This document shows positions 50,924-61,233 of a stretch of DNA of 64,000 bases, in pieces. This DNA is from Acetatifactor sp. (GTDB lineage Bacteria > Bacillota > Clostridia > Lachnospirales > Lachnospiraceae), in assembly GCA_045540075.1 (NCBI GenBank), contig JAZQGM010000155.1, forward strand, positions 4,862 to 68,861, written 5' to 3'. Under the pieces are notes generated by a model. The model was not told where the DNA came from. It did no database searches and saw only the letters and a program-made list of their open reading frames with translations. The position numbers and the translations under genes are program-made. The stretch's first letter is position 1. Every line of letters begins with the position of its first letter.

Positions 50924-51163
50924 CTATAAATAGCGGAATAATTCTTTGGCTTCTTCCTTACGGACAGTCTCCTGGACATCTAGGACTTCCACTTTGACAT
51001 CTTTGTTACCGAAAGAAATGGTGATGATATCGCCTTCCTTTACATTGGTGGATGCCTTGGCAGGTTTGTCGTTGATCAGGACGCGGCCGCTGTCGCAGGC
51101 CTCATTGGCAACAGTTCTCCTTTTGATCAGACGTGATACTTTCAAGTATTTGTCTAGTCTCAT
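50924..51163 (-). CDS. yabO: S4-domain RNA-binding protein YabO/RqcP
   Basis: MRLDKYLKVSRLIKRRTVA. Confidence 0.92.
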   Translation of the reverse strand: MRLDKYLKVSRLIKRRTVANEACDSGRVLINDKPAKASTNVKEGDIITISFGNKDVKVEVLDVQETVRKEEAKELFRYL

Positions 51164-51184
51164 AATTTCTCCTTCATAACAGAA

Positions 51185-51208
51185 CAGAGAACCCTTGCAG
51201 GTTCTCTG
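51185..51208 (-). terminator. Hairpin after hup
   Basis: CAGAGAACC-cttgca-GGTTCTCTG. Confidence 0.55.
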
Positions 51209-51250
51209 AGGTAATCAAGTTACACAAAATTATCACGCGTCACTTCAAAA

Positions 51251-51526
51251 TTAAGCGTTCAGCGCATCCTTTAAAGCCTTACCGGCTTTGAACTTAGGAG
51301 ACTTGGAAGCTGCGATCTTCATAGGCTCGCCGCTCTGAGGGTTTCTTCCTTCTCTTTCAGCTCTGGTAGATACTTCGAAAGTACCGAAACCAACTAACTG
51401 AACCTTTCCGTCTTTCTTCAATTCTTCAGCAACAACATCAGTAAAAGCCTTCAATGCTTTCTCTGCGTCTTTCTTAGAGATACCAGCCTGTTCAGCCATA
51501 GCTGCAACTAATTCTGTCTTGTTCAT
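51251..51526 (-). CDS. hup: Histone-like DNA-binding protein HU
   Basis: MNKTELV...GFGTF...GRNPQSG. Confidence 0.97.
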   Translation of the reverse strand: MNKTELVAAMAEQAGISKKDAEKALKAFTDVVAEELKKDGKVQLVGFGTFEVSTRAEREGRNPQSGEPMKIAASKSPKFKAGKALKDALNA

Positions 51527-51762
51527 GTTGAACTCCTCCTGTAATGAGTTATCTGTTTTATAATGTGTAAATAGATGCTTCCGGTTACACCTGCACTTTC
51601 GGTGCCGCACTCCGTTAAAACGTCTATAATATATATATCTGTTTTTACAGGTTTTGTCAAGCATTTTGAGGCTTTTTAATATAATTTATTCCTTAAAATC
51701 CGTATTTTGGAAGAAAAAACGTTATTACTTGGTAATTTTATACAATATTGCAATTTTTTTAG

Positions 51763-52740
51763 CTAAAGGCTGCGAAAAACCGTATCAAGAAAGTGCTGTT
51801 TCAAAGGCTCCTGTTCCAACAACTTATTTAATTTCTCCAGATTGCGCTCCGGAATCCATGTCTTACGTGAATTAAAATAGAAGTTCACAATCTTCCAGAA
51901 TTTCTCAGGATACGCCAAGCGATAATACAGGTCAATTGTGGAATAAGCCGAGATCGGCCGGATTTCCTCATACGCTTTGATCAACTCCGTCCCCAAGGAT
52001 ATGGACCAGTTACTTTTCTCCAAAAGCTTGCGCAAAAGCAGGTACAGATCCCTGATAGGATTGTCACGGACATATTTTTCAAAATTCAATATGTACCAGT
52101 CTCTGTCGCTTTTGATAATATTATGATATTGATAATCCCCATGACATAAACAGCTACACTCCGGCTGCCCTTCCTGAAGATGACTGTACTGCTGCCAATG
52201 TTCTGTAATCTCCAGAGCCTGATCCAGAAACAGCCCAAAAGTCTGCTGCAAGCTAATCTCAAACCAATTCTTCTGACCCTTGGCCTTTAAGAATTTACGG
52301 ACCATCTTCAGCTCCCGGTTATGCTTCTCATATTCCTTAAGGGGTTGGAACGGCGGTATGGGAACATCCCATTCTATGCTTTCCATACTCAGGTGCAGCT
52401 TTGCCAACAGCCTCACTGCCTCCACACACTCTGCTCTTTCGTATATATTACATTCACGGCCTTCAAACCAGGTTTTCAGCACATATGAGATTCCATCATT
52501 ATCTTTCACCAGCAGGTTGCCTTCTTTGTCAGGTACAATCTGTTCCACCTTTACCCTGCCGTCTTCACTGACCTGCTCTAAAATCCTGTTCTGAAGGGCA
52601 ATCTTTAGTTCATTTCCCGCATACTCTTTGAAGATCAGGCATCCTTTATCAGTATCACACAGAATGGCGCCTCTTCCTTTTCTGGTCTTTCGCACCTCCA
52701 CATCATACTGTTCCAGTAACCCGACTGCCCTGTCATTCAC
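51763..52740 (-). CDS. CotS/YsxE-family spore coat kinase-like protein
   Basis: LAKLH, CHGDYQYHN, DLY..LRK and YPEKFWK; GTG start inferred. Confidence 0.8.
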   Translation of the reverse strand: MNDRAVGLLEQYDVEVRKTRKGRGAILCDTDKGCLIFKEYAGNELKIALQNRILEQVSEDGRVKVEQIVPDKEGNLLVKDNDGISYVLKTWFEGRECNIYERAECVEAVRLLAKLHLSMESIEWDVPIPPFQPLKEYEKHNRELKMVRKFLKAKGQKNWFEISLQQTFGLFLDQALEITEHWQQYSHLQEGQPECSCLCHGDYQYHNIIKSDRDWYILNFEKYVRDNPIRDLYLLLRKLLEKSNWSISLGTELIKAYEEIRPISAYSTIDLYYRLAYPEKFWKIVNFYFNSRKTWIPERNLEKLNKLLEQEPLKQHFLDTVFRSL

Positions 52741-52820
52741 TTGCAAGCCCTCCCACATTGTTTTTACTGCCCGCACAAAACGAGCCTATCCTATCTTATG
52801 TGAGAGGGTGGGAAAGTATG

Positions 52821-54155
52821 TTATTTTCTTTGTAAAATTATTTGGGATAAATATTCCTTCGTATTACATTCGGGCTGATCCAGTACCAGCTCCAACAGTT
52901 CATGCAAGGCATCTCCCAGCTCTTTCCCCGGCTTCATGCCCAGCGCGATCAGATCACTGCCTGTCACAGCCAATGCCTTCAAGGAGACACACTCCTCTCG
53001 TTGCAGAATCTGGGCATACAATTCCTGCCACTTGGCAAGTCTTTGCAGCTTCTCTTCCCGGAAAGTCTCACTCTGTGCAAGAATATCCGCCCTTTTTACC
53101 TCAAAAAGCAGAGGAAATAAATCTTCCCCTATCTTATTCATGGCCCGTCTGACAATACGGCGGTCAGGATCCACGCTGTTACCATAATCATGGTACTCCA
53201 CCAATCTGCACACAGTGTGAGTAGTGTCATTGTCAAAACGCAATCTCCGCAAGATCTTCCTGGCAATTTCTGCACTGTGCCGGGCATGGCCATAGAAATG
53301 CGTGATGCCCTGCTCATCCGTGGTCAGGCACAAAGGTTTACCCATATCATGAAACAGCATGGCCAGTCGAAGCTCTTTACGCCCTTCCACTTTAATCATG
53401 GCCCGGATCGTATGCTCCCCCACACTGTAACTGTGGTGGGGGTGATTCTGCCGGGTCTCCATGATCGCGACAAACTCCGGCATGATCACTTCCGCCACAC
53501 CGGTCTCATACACAGTACCCATGGCTTCCGGATGGGCTGAAACCACCAATTTGGTCAGCTCCACCTGAATGCGCTCCGCACTGATCTTCTTAAGATTCGG
53601 TGCCAGTTCCTTGATGGCCTGCTTGGTCTCGGTGTCTATCTCATAACCAAGTTGTGCTGCAAACCGGATCGCCCGCATAATGCGCAGCGCATCCTCATTG
53701 AATCTGGCAACCGGGTCCCCCACACACCGGATAATCTTTGCCTGAATATCTCCGATGCCGCCAAATAAATCAACCAAGCCATCTTGTTCATTATATGCCA
53801 TGGCATTGATGGTAAAATCCCGGCGCTTCAAATCCTCCTCCAGATTCGGGGTAAACGTCACTTCCTCCGGATGCCGGCCATCCTCATACTTACCATCAAT
53901 CCGATATGTGGTCACTTCAAAACCTTCCTTGTCCAGCATGACCGTCACAGTGCCATGCTGAATGCCGGTGTCGATGGTCCGGCGAAAGAGCTGCTTTACC
54001 TCAAGAGGCGTGGCAGATGTGGTGATATCCCAGTCATCCGGCACCCTGCCAAGAATCGAGTCACGAATACAGCCGCCCACCGCGTAAGCCTCATAACCGG
54101 CTTCTGTTATGCAATTTATGATCTGACGCACCTTTTCGGGCAGCTCTATTCTCAT
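52821..54155 (-). CDS. cca: CCA-adding enzyme with HD domain
   Basis: VGGCIRD, DWD, RRDFTIN, EDALR and HDMGK. Confidence 0.93.
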   Translation of the reverse strand: MRIELPEKVRQIINCITEAGYEAYAVGGCIRDSILGRVPDDWDITTSATPLEVKQLFRRTIDTGIQHGTVTVMLDKEGFEVTTYRIDGKYEDGRHPEEVTFTPNLEEDLKRRDFTINAMAYNEQDGLVDLFGGIGDIQAKIIRCVGDPVARFNEDALRIMRAIRFAAQLGYEIDTETKQAIKELAPNLKKISAERIQVELTKLVVSAHPEAMGTVYETGVAEVIMPEFVAIMETRQNHPHHSYSVGEHTIRAMIKVEGRKELRLAMLFHDMGKPLCLTTDEQGITHFYGHARHSAEIARKILRRLRFDNDTTHTVCRLVEYHDYGNSVDPDRRIVRRAMNKIGEDLFPLLFEVKRADILAQSETFREEKLQRLAKWQELYAQILQREECVSLKALAVTGSDLIALGMKPGKELGDALHELLELVLDQPECNTKEYLSQIILQRK

Positions 54156-54174
54156 GGACAATTCCTTTCTCATC

Positions 54175-54780
54175 TTAATACCCTAATTCTTCACCAATCA
54201 GCACAACCTCATACTCACACCCCACCGGTGCCTCCCACAGAACTACTAACCCTCTGCAGATTCTGTCAGGGCTCTTACAATCATAGCACTTATCAGCCTT
54301 CACCGCACAAGGCGTCTTCTTTCCCAGTCTTCTGGCATTAGGCGGTGCTGCAATATTGCGTGAGCGGTAGATTGCACTATCCAGATCATGTGTGATCTTA
54401 TTCACACCAGCCACCAGATATACTTTTTTATGTCCATAAAGGGTAGCTGCTACTCTATTACCGGTATTATCAATATTTACGATCTCTCCCGTCTCTGCAA
54501 TACCATTCACAGAGGACAGATACACGTCTGCACTTCTGGCCGCTTTTAATACATCTGCCCCTGTCTGTCCCTCAGGAATTCTCCAGTGCCACAGCACTTC
54601 ATTGTTCTCAAACAGTTTCTCATACATCCCCATTTGATCCAGTGTCACGGAACCCCCAAGGCCTACTTTCTGCCCGGTAATCTGATCACAAATATACTGT
54701 GCCCCATCTTCTTTCTTGTCAAAATAACTTACCTTGAATCCTCTGCTTTCCAGATTCTCCTGTAATTTGCCAATATCCAT
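54175..54780 (-). CDS. LUD (lactate utilization) domain protein
   Basis: GGSVTL, NIDNTGNRVA, GVNKI and C-terminal Cys cluster. Confidence 0.8.
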   Translation of the reverse strand: MDIGKLQENLESRGFKVSYFDKKEDGAQYICDQITGQKVGLGGSVTLDQMGMYEKLFENNEVLWHWRIPEGQTGADVLKAARSADVYLSSVNGIAETGEIVNIDNTGNRVAATLYGHKKVYLVAGVNKITHDLDSAIYRSRNIAAPPNARRLGKKTPCAVKADKCYDCKSPDRICRGLVVLWEAPVGCEYEVVLIGEELGY

Positions 54781-54847
54781 ACGTAGCCCTCCCAGGTTGC
54801 TTTTCTTTTATTATACCTACTCCACTCTTATTCGTCAAATAAAAAAA

Positions 54848-55021
54848 CAGTTCAGCCAGAGACGATAAACGGATGAAAATCGTGCTCGCACGAATTTTCA
54901 TCCGTTTACCGTCTCTGAGGGAGCGCCCGTTTATGAGCAAAAGGAGCTGCGAAGCAGCGGAGAGCCCCGAAGGGGTGGTTTTGCGAATGGGCGCGGGCTG
55001 AACGTCACTAGCGCTGAACTG
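54848..55021 (+). repeat. Structured intergenic repeat, copy B
   Basis: CAGTTCAGCC, long hairpin at 54857-54917, GAGGGAGCGCCC, GAA-loop hairpins, GGCTGAACGTCACT. Confidence 0.9.
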
Positions 55022-55094
55022 TTTAACTAAACACCCCGCCTCCTGACCAAATTAAAGTCAAAGGCGGGGATGTCATTAATATATTTATATCAGC

Positions 55095-56696
55095 TTATTT
55101 CTCAGTAGTTGCAGAGGTTTCGACTGTTTCTGCCTCATCGGTACTCTCAGTAGCAGAAGCCTCCTGCTCAGCCAAAAGTGCTTCGATCTCAAGGTAACGC
55201 AGATTGCCCTTAGGATCATTCACTTCGATACCTTCCACCAAACCTGTCATGTACTCGCTCATGGCTGTACTTACCAATGTATTCTGGATATCCAGCTTCC
55301 ACTCAAAGTCACCAAACTCTTTGAAGTACATTACATAGTCAGCAGCATCTTCCATCACGATTGCAGTGGTATCACCATCCTTACGCTCTTCTGCAAATAC
55401 CCATGCAGCCATCTCTTCATCTAACATAGAAGCGGTCATACCTTCATACAGACCATCCTCAGTACTGTACAGATCGTCGCTGTACTTCTTAAACAATTCG
55501 ATAAAGCTCTCTTCCGTAGCAGCACCCTTTGTCCACTCATCCAGAATAGCCTGTCCGTCACCCTCTTCGGTCACGATCACACGTGCATTGGCGGTAGGAT
55601 CCTCTTTCAGATAACGCTTCTCAAAAGCAACCACATAGTATCTGTGATTGGTGGTATCTTCTACCATAGTGGTATCACCGGCTTTTCTGGAAGCGTCAAA
55701 CAACCAGTCACTGTAATTGCTGTTGGTGTAAGATTTTGAATAATCCTCTTTCAACTCACCATCTGTAGCAACAGTCTTCAGTGCCTCCTCAGCTTCCTTC
55801 TTTGCTTCCTTCATAGCAGCTTCGATCTCAGCTTCAGAAGGCTCGTATGCCTCTTCCTCAGCTTCTTGGCCTTCTGCAGTCTCCGTACTCTCTTCCTTCT
55901 TCTCCTCGGTCTCTTCCACTGGATCAGCCAGCTCTGTAGGCTCTGTAGGAAGCTCTGCATCCACCTGTACCAGGCGGAAGTCTACAGAATCATAAGTATC
56001 CTTATTTGCCTCATAATGAGCTACAATTTCCTCATCAGTAGGCATATTTTCTTCCATGATCTTCTTTGTGTAAGCACTGGTATACAATGTATCCTTCACA
56101 ACGTTCTTGATCCTGCCCATGGTAGCATAAGGACCAAAGGAGGACTTCACAAAGGTATTCACAGGAACTGCTGCCTCTGCAGCCTGACTTGTAAGCATGG
56201 CCTTATAATCTTCCCATCTGTCAGACACATCAAAGGTAAATCCCTCTGCCTTGGCTTCCTTCATCAGCGCCTTGTTCTGCTTAATCGTCTCTACTGCCAT
56301 CTGCTGGAAGAAATCCTTCCAGGTCAGATATTCGGAATACATCTGGGTAGACAGATCTGCGGTCAGATCCACACCCATCATGGACATGTACATACCATAT
56401 TGATTATAATAGGTACTCAATGACATATTGTAGTAGTAGTCAAACTCTACCTTCGTAACCTTCTCACCATCTACTTCCAGATAAGTCTCATTTAATGCGA
56501 TAAAGTTACGGATCGGGAACGATGCAATAAAGCATACGATCACAGCCAGGATCACGATACCTACGATTCTGGCAATCTTCTTCTCTTTCTGATCCTTCGC
56601 TTCCTGTTCCCTTCTCTTTTGCATTCTCCGATCGTATCTGGTTACGATCTTCTCCTCCTGTACAGGAGCTTCTGTAATGTTTTCATTCTTAGACAT
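55095..56696 (-). CDS. Membrane-anchored PrsA/SurA-like foldase (degenerate parvulin domains)
   Basis: N-terminal TM, VDGEKVT..EF.YY, ESFIELFKKYSDD and W.F...RK.GD repeats; very acidic. Confidence 0.65.
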   Translation of the reverse strand: MSKNENITEAPVQEEKIVTRYDRRMQKRREQEAKDQKEKKIARIVGIVILAVIVCFIASFPIRNFIALNETYLEVDGEKVTKVEFDYYYNMSLSTYYNQYGMYMSMMGVDLTADLSTQMYSEYLTWKDFFQQMAVETIKQNKALMKEAKAEGFTFDVSDRWEDYKAMLTSQAAEAAVPVNTFVKSSFGPYATMGRIKNVVKDTLYTSAYTKKIMEENMPTDEEIVAHYEANKDTYDSVDFRLVQVDAELPTEPTELADPVEETEEKKEESTETAEGQEAEEEAYEPSEAEIEAAMKEAKKEAEEALKTVATDGELKEDYSKSYTNSNYSDWLFDASRKAGDTTMVEDTTNHRYYVVAFEKRYLKEDPTANARVIVTEEGDGQAILDEWTKGAATEESFIELFKKYSDDLYSTEDGLYEGMTASMLDEEMAAWVFAEERKDGDTTAIVMEDAADYVMYFKEFGDFEWKLDIQNTLVSTAMSEYMTGLVEGIEVNDPKGNLRYLEIEALLAEQEASATESTDEAETVETSATTEK

Positions 56697-56916
56697 AATG
56701 CATGTCTCCTTCCCTTTATTTCCATTCCCTCTGCTTTACGCTGACGGACGCTCATTCATCGTAACAGATTGGCTCCCGCTACGGTTACCATTCACTCTTT
56801 TGAAACAGCTGTACGTCGGCTCTAAACAGCCGGCACGGGCACCTTACGCCCAGAATAAACACATTATACCGCATTTTTTGTAAAAATGGTAGTCCTTTCA
56901 CAATATTTTCACAAAT

Positions 56917-57123
56917 CAGTTCAGCCAGAGACGATAAAAGGATGAAAATCGTGCTTGCACGAGTTTTCATCCTCTTATCGCCTCTGAGGGAGCGCCCTCC
57001 TATGAGCAAAGATAGTCGCGAAGCGACGAAGAGCTCCGAAGGAGCGGCTTTGCGAATGGGCGCGGGCTGAACGTCACTCGCCCATCCCCCCAAAAACAAT
57101 CCGCGCCTAAACATCACTAGCGC
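56917..57123 (+). repeat. Structured intergenic repeat, copy C
   Basis: Same blocks as copy B plus a degenerate duplicated 3' end (CCTAAACATCACTAGCGC). Confidence 0.9.
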
Positions 57124-57143
57124 AATATTACTTTCCTAATTCC

Positions 57144-58532
57144 TTACAAATCATACATCCCCAAATACTTCTTCGTATTCTCACACATCTCATCAAACAG
57201 TTTCCTTGCATCTTCCATACTACAAGTAACCAACGGATCATTTGCAAACACATTAAAAATCTTCTCCACATCACGTTCTGCAATTGCTTCACTTACCAGC
57301 TCCTGCTCACCGCAGACTCTTGACACCAAAGGATAAATTTCCTTAGGAATCGGCCCTGCAAATACTGGTGTCAGGCTGTTTGCACGGAACACAGCATTGG
57401 TCTCAACCACTGCACCCATGGGCAAGTTGGGAATCTGACCACGGTTAGGCACATTTACATTGGTCACAAGATCGATCAGACCAAGAAGTGCACGAATCTG
57501 GTTGATACCTTCTTCACCGGTACCCTTGATTTCTACAGCTTCCTCCCCGCTTACTAGTCTGGCACTCTTGTCAAGGCGCTCCTGCAGGTTATCTTTTCTC
57601 CACTTCACGGTGGTAAGGTTGAAATGCATCTCGGCTACACGCTCAGGGCTCTCTAAATACCACTTGCCTTCGCAGAACTCAGCTAAATGTCTGTCGCCTG
57701 CTGCCGCAATATAACCAAAACGTCTGAACAGATCCATCTTAACCTTCTCGTCACTAGAAAACATACTATTCATCCAGTTGGTATCAGCCTGCTCGCCGCC
57801 ACTTCCGTCAGGATGTTCTTCGCAGTACTGACGGTAAATAGGGAACAGGTCAATATCATTGTACTTTGCCTCTGTCAGCCATGTAAAGTGGTTCACAGCT
57901 ACAGGATTAACTTTGATCTCATGTCTGTCTACTTCTACACCGAATTTCTCCTTCACGATCTTAGCAAGGAATCTCTGGGTACCGAATACCTCATGGCAGC
58001 ATCCAAAGGCTTTAATCTCAGGGAAAACTCTGTAAAGTGTCTTTACACAGAGAGTCATAGGGTTAGTGTAGTTGATAACCCATGCATCCGGTGCATATTT
58101 TTTAATATTCTCACCGATTTCCTCGAACATGGGAATGGTACGCATGGCACGAACGATTCCCCCGGGGCCTGAGGTGTCACCTACAGACTGGTAGATACCA
58201 TACTTCTCCGGTGTATGTACATCAGATTCCATCTCATCAAAAGTACCGGGCAGAATAGAGATGACGATGAAGTTAGCACCTTGTAAAGCCTCACCAATGG
58301 TTTCAGCTGCATGATAATTCCAAGTGGATTTTGCACCTTCTGCCGTGTTAAATTTGTTACCGATGATTTCATTGTTTTTAGCAGCTTCTAAGTCGATGTC
58401 ATAAAGCCAGACATCGCCACTGATATCATCACAAGCTGCCAGGTCGCTCATGAGGCCCCAAGCCCAACCCCGGGAGCCGCCGCCGATGTAGGCAATCTTG
58501 ATTTCACTTACTTTACCTGTTTCAAATTTCAT
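57144..58532 (-). CDS. GH4 glycoside hydrolase (LplD-like alpha-galacturonidase/alpha-glucosidase)
   Basis: IGGGS, QSVGDT.GPGG, NYTNP and GCCHEV motifs. Confidence 0.88.
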   Translation of the reverse strand: MKFETGKVSEIKIAYIGGGSRGWAWGLMSDLAACDDISGDVWLYDIDLEAAKNNEIIGNKFNTAEGAKSTWNYHAAETIGEALQGANFIVISILPGTFDEMESDVHTPEKYGIYQSVGDTSGPGGIVRAMRTIPMFEEIGENIKKYAPDAWVINYTNPMTLCVKTLYRVFPEIKAFGCCHEVFGTQRFLAKIVKEKFGVEVDRHEIKVNPVAVNHFTWLTEAKYNDIDLFPIYRQYCEEHPDGSGGEQADTNWMNSMFSSDEKVKMDLFRRFGYIAAAGDRHLAEFCEGKWYLESPERVAEMHFNLTTVKWRKDNLQERLDKSARLVSGEEAVEIKGTGEEGINQIRALLGLIDLVTNVNVPNRGQIPNLPMGAVVETNAVFRANSLTPVFAGPIPKEIYPLVSRVCGEQELVSEAIAERDVEKIFNVFANDPLVTCSMEDARKLFDEMCENTKKYLGMYDL

Positions 58533-58727
58533 AAGAATCTCCTCCGTTTGCAATTAATACAGTCCATTGTCTGCGGAACTGTTATATTTTTCTATAGTAT
58601 AAATCAATTTTTTTATAATTTCCTTGAATTAATTGTGTATTTTCTTTTAAATCTTTATTTTCTTGTTCCAAAAGAATTCAAAATATGTTATACTTAATTG
58701 CAAGAACTAAGAGAAAGGAGCCCCTTT

Positions 58728-59540
58728 ATGCAAAAAGCAGTTGTTGAAACTCTGATCTCCCGCCATGTAACCACACAAAAAGGCAGCATGCCTCACGTAC
58801 ATTATCACGACACTCATGAACTATATTACATGGTCAAAGGAAGTACTACATATTATATCGGAGATAAAATATTTCATTTAACACAAGGAAACTTTGCATT
58901 TATTCCAAAAGGAATCCTGCATAAGACCGATTATGAAGATAATGCCAATAATGAAAGAATTCTATTGAATTTCAGCGATCTTACTTTTACCAATGAGCTA
59001 CAGGAAATCAAAGAGGAACTATGTAATTGCCGCGTCATTTATGTGGAAGAAAGCCTGCTGCCTTATCTGGAAGGGTTGCTTAAGGATATTGAGACAGAAT
59101 ACAGACGAAAAGACCAATACCAGTCCATTATGATCAATTTGTATATTACTGAGCTTCTGGTGCAGCTCTGCCGATATAAGTATGATTATAAGCCGGCTCT
59201 GTCCGGCACAGATCAGACCCTTTATCTGATCTCAAAATACATCAGCACTCATTTTCAGGAACCACTTACCTTGAGAGAACTGAGTAAAGCGTTTGCCATG
59301 AGTGAGAGTCATTTGTCCAGAAAATTTAAGGCACACACTGGCATTGGGATCAACGAATATATTACCTATGTGCGGATTACCAAAGCGGAGAAACTGCTGC
59401 GGGAAACAACCTTGCCGATTACAGAGGTGGCAGTGCAATGCGGATATAACGACAGTAACTATTTTTCTACCGTTTTTAAGCGTATCAAGGGGATCACCCC
59501 CCAAAGGTATGGAAAGCAATATTTATCTAAAAAATTTTAA
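58728..59540 (+). CDS. AraC family regulator, divergent from GH4
   Basis: HYH..HELYY cupin; CGYNDSNYFS. Confidence 0.9.
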   Translation: MQKAVVETLISRHVTTQKGSMPHVHYHDTHELYYMVKGSTTYYIGDKIFHLTQGNFAFIPKGILHKTDYEDNANNERILLNFSDLTFTNELQEIKEELCNCRVIYVEESLLPYLEGLLKDIETEYRRKDQYQSIMINLYITELLVQLCRYKYDYKPALSGTDQTLYLISKYISTHFQEPLTLRELSKAFAMSESHLSRKFKAHTGIGINEYITYVRITKAEKLLRETTLPITEVAVQCGYNDSNYFSTVFKRIKGITPQRYGKQYLSKKF

Positions 59541-59641
59541 AAGAAAATGTATAAGATTTAGTACAAGCTTGAAATCTGTCAAAATAAGGAGTAGAATAGT
59601 ATAAGAAATTTATTCCAGTAAAGATAAAGAGAGGGATTATC

Positions 59642-60946
59642 ATGAAAAATTGTCAAAACAAATGGATCCGTGCGGCGATTCCCGCATTGTTGCTCCATTG
59701 CAGTATCGGTACTGTTTACTGCTGGTCCATTTTCAGCCAGGAGATCGCCGATTATATTGGTTTCTCCAAGGGTGCTACGGAATGGGCATTCAGCTTTGCT
59801 ATCTTCTTCCTTGGTATGTCTGCAGCATTCCTTGGAAATATTGTGGAGAAGGATATTCACAAGTCTTCACTGATCGCTACAATCTGCTTCGCAGCAGGTA
59901 TGGCAGGTACCGGTTTCTTTATTTACTATGGTGGTCAGCATCCTAAGAGTCTGGTTGCCCTGATCGGTATTTATGTATGCTATGGTTTCATCATGGGTAT
60001 CGGACTTGGTACCGGCTATCTGTCCCCCGTTAAGACACTGATGCTCTGGTTCCAGGACAGAAAAGGTCTGGCTACCGGACTGGCTGTTGCAGGCTTCGGT
60101 GCAGCCAAAGCCATCGCAAGCCCTATCATGCAGGCACTGCTTGAGAATCTGGGTGAAGGCGGCATCTATAAGATGTTCTGGATCCTGGCTGTTGTATACT
60201 TCGTAATGATGTTCGTGGGACATCTGCTTCTGGCAAAACCTGCCGGCTGGCATGAGCCTCAGAAGAAGGAAAAAGGTCAGGGTATGATCGCTGTGATCAA
60301 ATCCAAGCCTATCGGTACTTATATTGGTATCTGGTTGATGTTTTACCTGAACATTACCTGTGGTCTGGCTCTGATCTCTCAGGAAAAGATGATCGTGAAA
60401 TGTATCGGTCTGGCAGGCGCAGTAGGTATTATTTCCACCTTATCCGCTATCTTTAACGCAGGCGGTCGTCTGGGCTTCTCTGCATGGGCAGATACCATGA
60501 AGGATAGAAATACAATTTATAAGCTGATCTTTATTCTGTCGATTGCTTTTACAGGTCTGGTTATTGTGACCGGCGGCATCAAGAATGGTAACGGTAATAT
60601 TCTGTTGACGATTCTGGTACTGGCTTTGATCTTCTTTGTAAATGCAGGTTACGGCGGTGGTTTCTCTAACGTACCTACACTGCTTTCTGACCATTATGGA
60701 ATGGGGAATATCAGTGCCATTCATGGATTGACATTGTCTGCCTGGGCTTTTGCAGGTCTGACAGGTAATCAGATGGCTTCCTGGATCGTGAATCATTTTG
60801 GCACACCTGTGGATGACGGACATGGGAATATGATTAATCCGGTAGGTTATCAGACAGTGCTTTATGTGACTTTGGTACTTTACATAGTGGCTATGTTGTG
60901 CAGCTTCTTGTTGATTCGCAAGAGTGATAAGAGCGAAGTGAAATAA
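59642..60946 (+). CDS. OFA-family (oxalate/formate antiporter-like) MFS transporter
   Basis: IGTVYCWS, WFQDRKGLATG and YGGGF motifs. Confidence 0.88.
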   Translation: MKNCQNKWIRAAIPALLLHCSIGTVYCWSIFSQEIADYIGFSKGATEWAFSFAIFFLGMSAAFLGNIVEKDIHKSSLIATICFAAGMAGTGFFIYYGGQHPKSLVALIGIYVCYGFIMGIGLGTGYLSPVKTLMLWFQDRKGLATGLAVAGFGAAKAIASPIMQALLENLGEGGIYKMFWILAVVYFVMMFVGHLLLAKPAGWHEPQKKEKGQGMIAVIKSKPIGTYIGIWLMFYLNITCGLALISQEKMIVKCIGLAGAVGIISTLSAIFNAGGRLGFSAWADTMKDRNTIYKLIFILSIAFTGLVIVTGGIKNGNGNILLTILVLALIFFVNAGYGGGFSNVPTLLSDHYGMGNISAIHGLTLSAWAFAGLTGNQMASWIVNHFGTPVDDGHGNMINPVGYQTVLYVTLVLYIVAMLCSFLLIRKSDKSEVK

Positions 60947-60967
60947 TTGATTTGAATATATGTGGTT

Positions 60968-60997
60968 AAAAATCCGGCGCAGATGGGCCGGATTTTG
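60968..60997. terminator. Putative terminator after the OFA transporter
   Basis: AAAATCCGGC...GCCGGATTTT. Confidence 0.65.
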
Positions 60998-61049
60998 CTT
61001 TGTGTTGAATTATGTGAGCTCTGCTTCGCATTCGCTGAATGGGGGAGTA

Positions 61050-61232
61050 GCAAGTGACGTTCAGCGGCGCCCATTCGCGCACAGCTATGCTGTGCTAATC
61101 GCACCCTTCGGGGCGCTCCGCTGCTTCGCAGCTCATTTTTGCTCATATATGGGGCGCTCCCTCAGAGACGATATAGGGATAAAAATTCGTGCAAGCACGA
61201 TTTTTATCCCTATATCGTCTCTGGCTGAACTG
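61050..61232 (-). repeat. Structured intergenic repeat, copy D (inverted orientation)
   Basis: The reverse complement matches B and C; it shares the GATTAGCACAGCATAGCTGTGC insert with copy A. Confidence 0.9.
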
Positions 61233-61233
61233 G

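Noticed and set aside
56785-57117. Similar short ORFs at 43781-44026, 54719-54940, 56785-57117 and 60880-61241
   Set aside because: The shared peptide text arises from the DNA repeat; starts and frames are inconsistent between copies.
43889-61232. Repeat family as a CRISPR array or integron attC sites
   Set aside because: Copies are dispersed with no spacers or cas genes, the GTT...AAC order is the reverse of attC, and the flanking genes are ordinary chromosomal genes.
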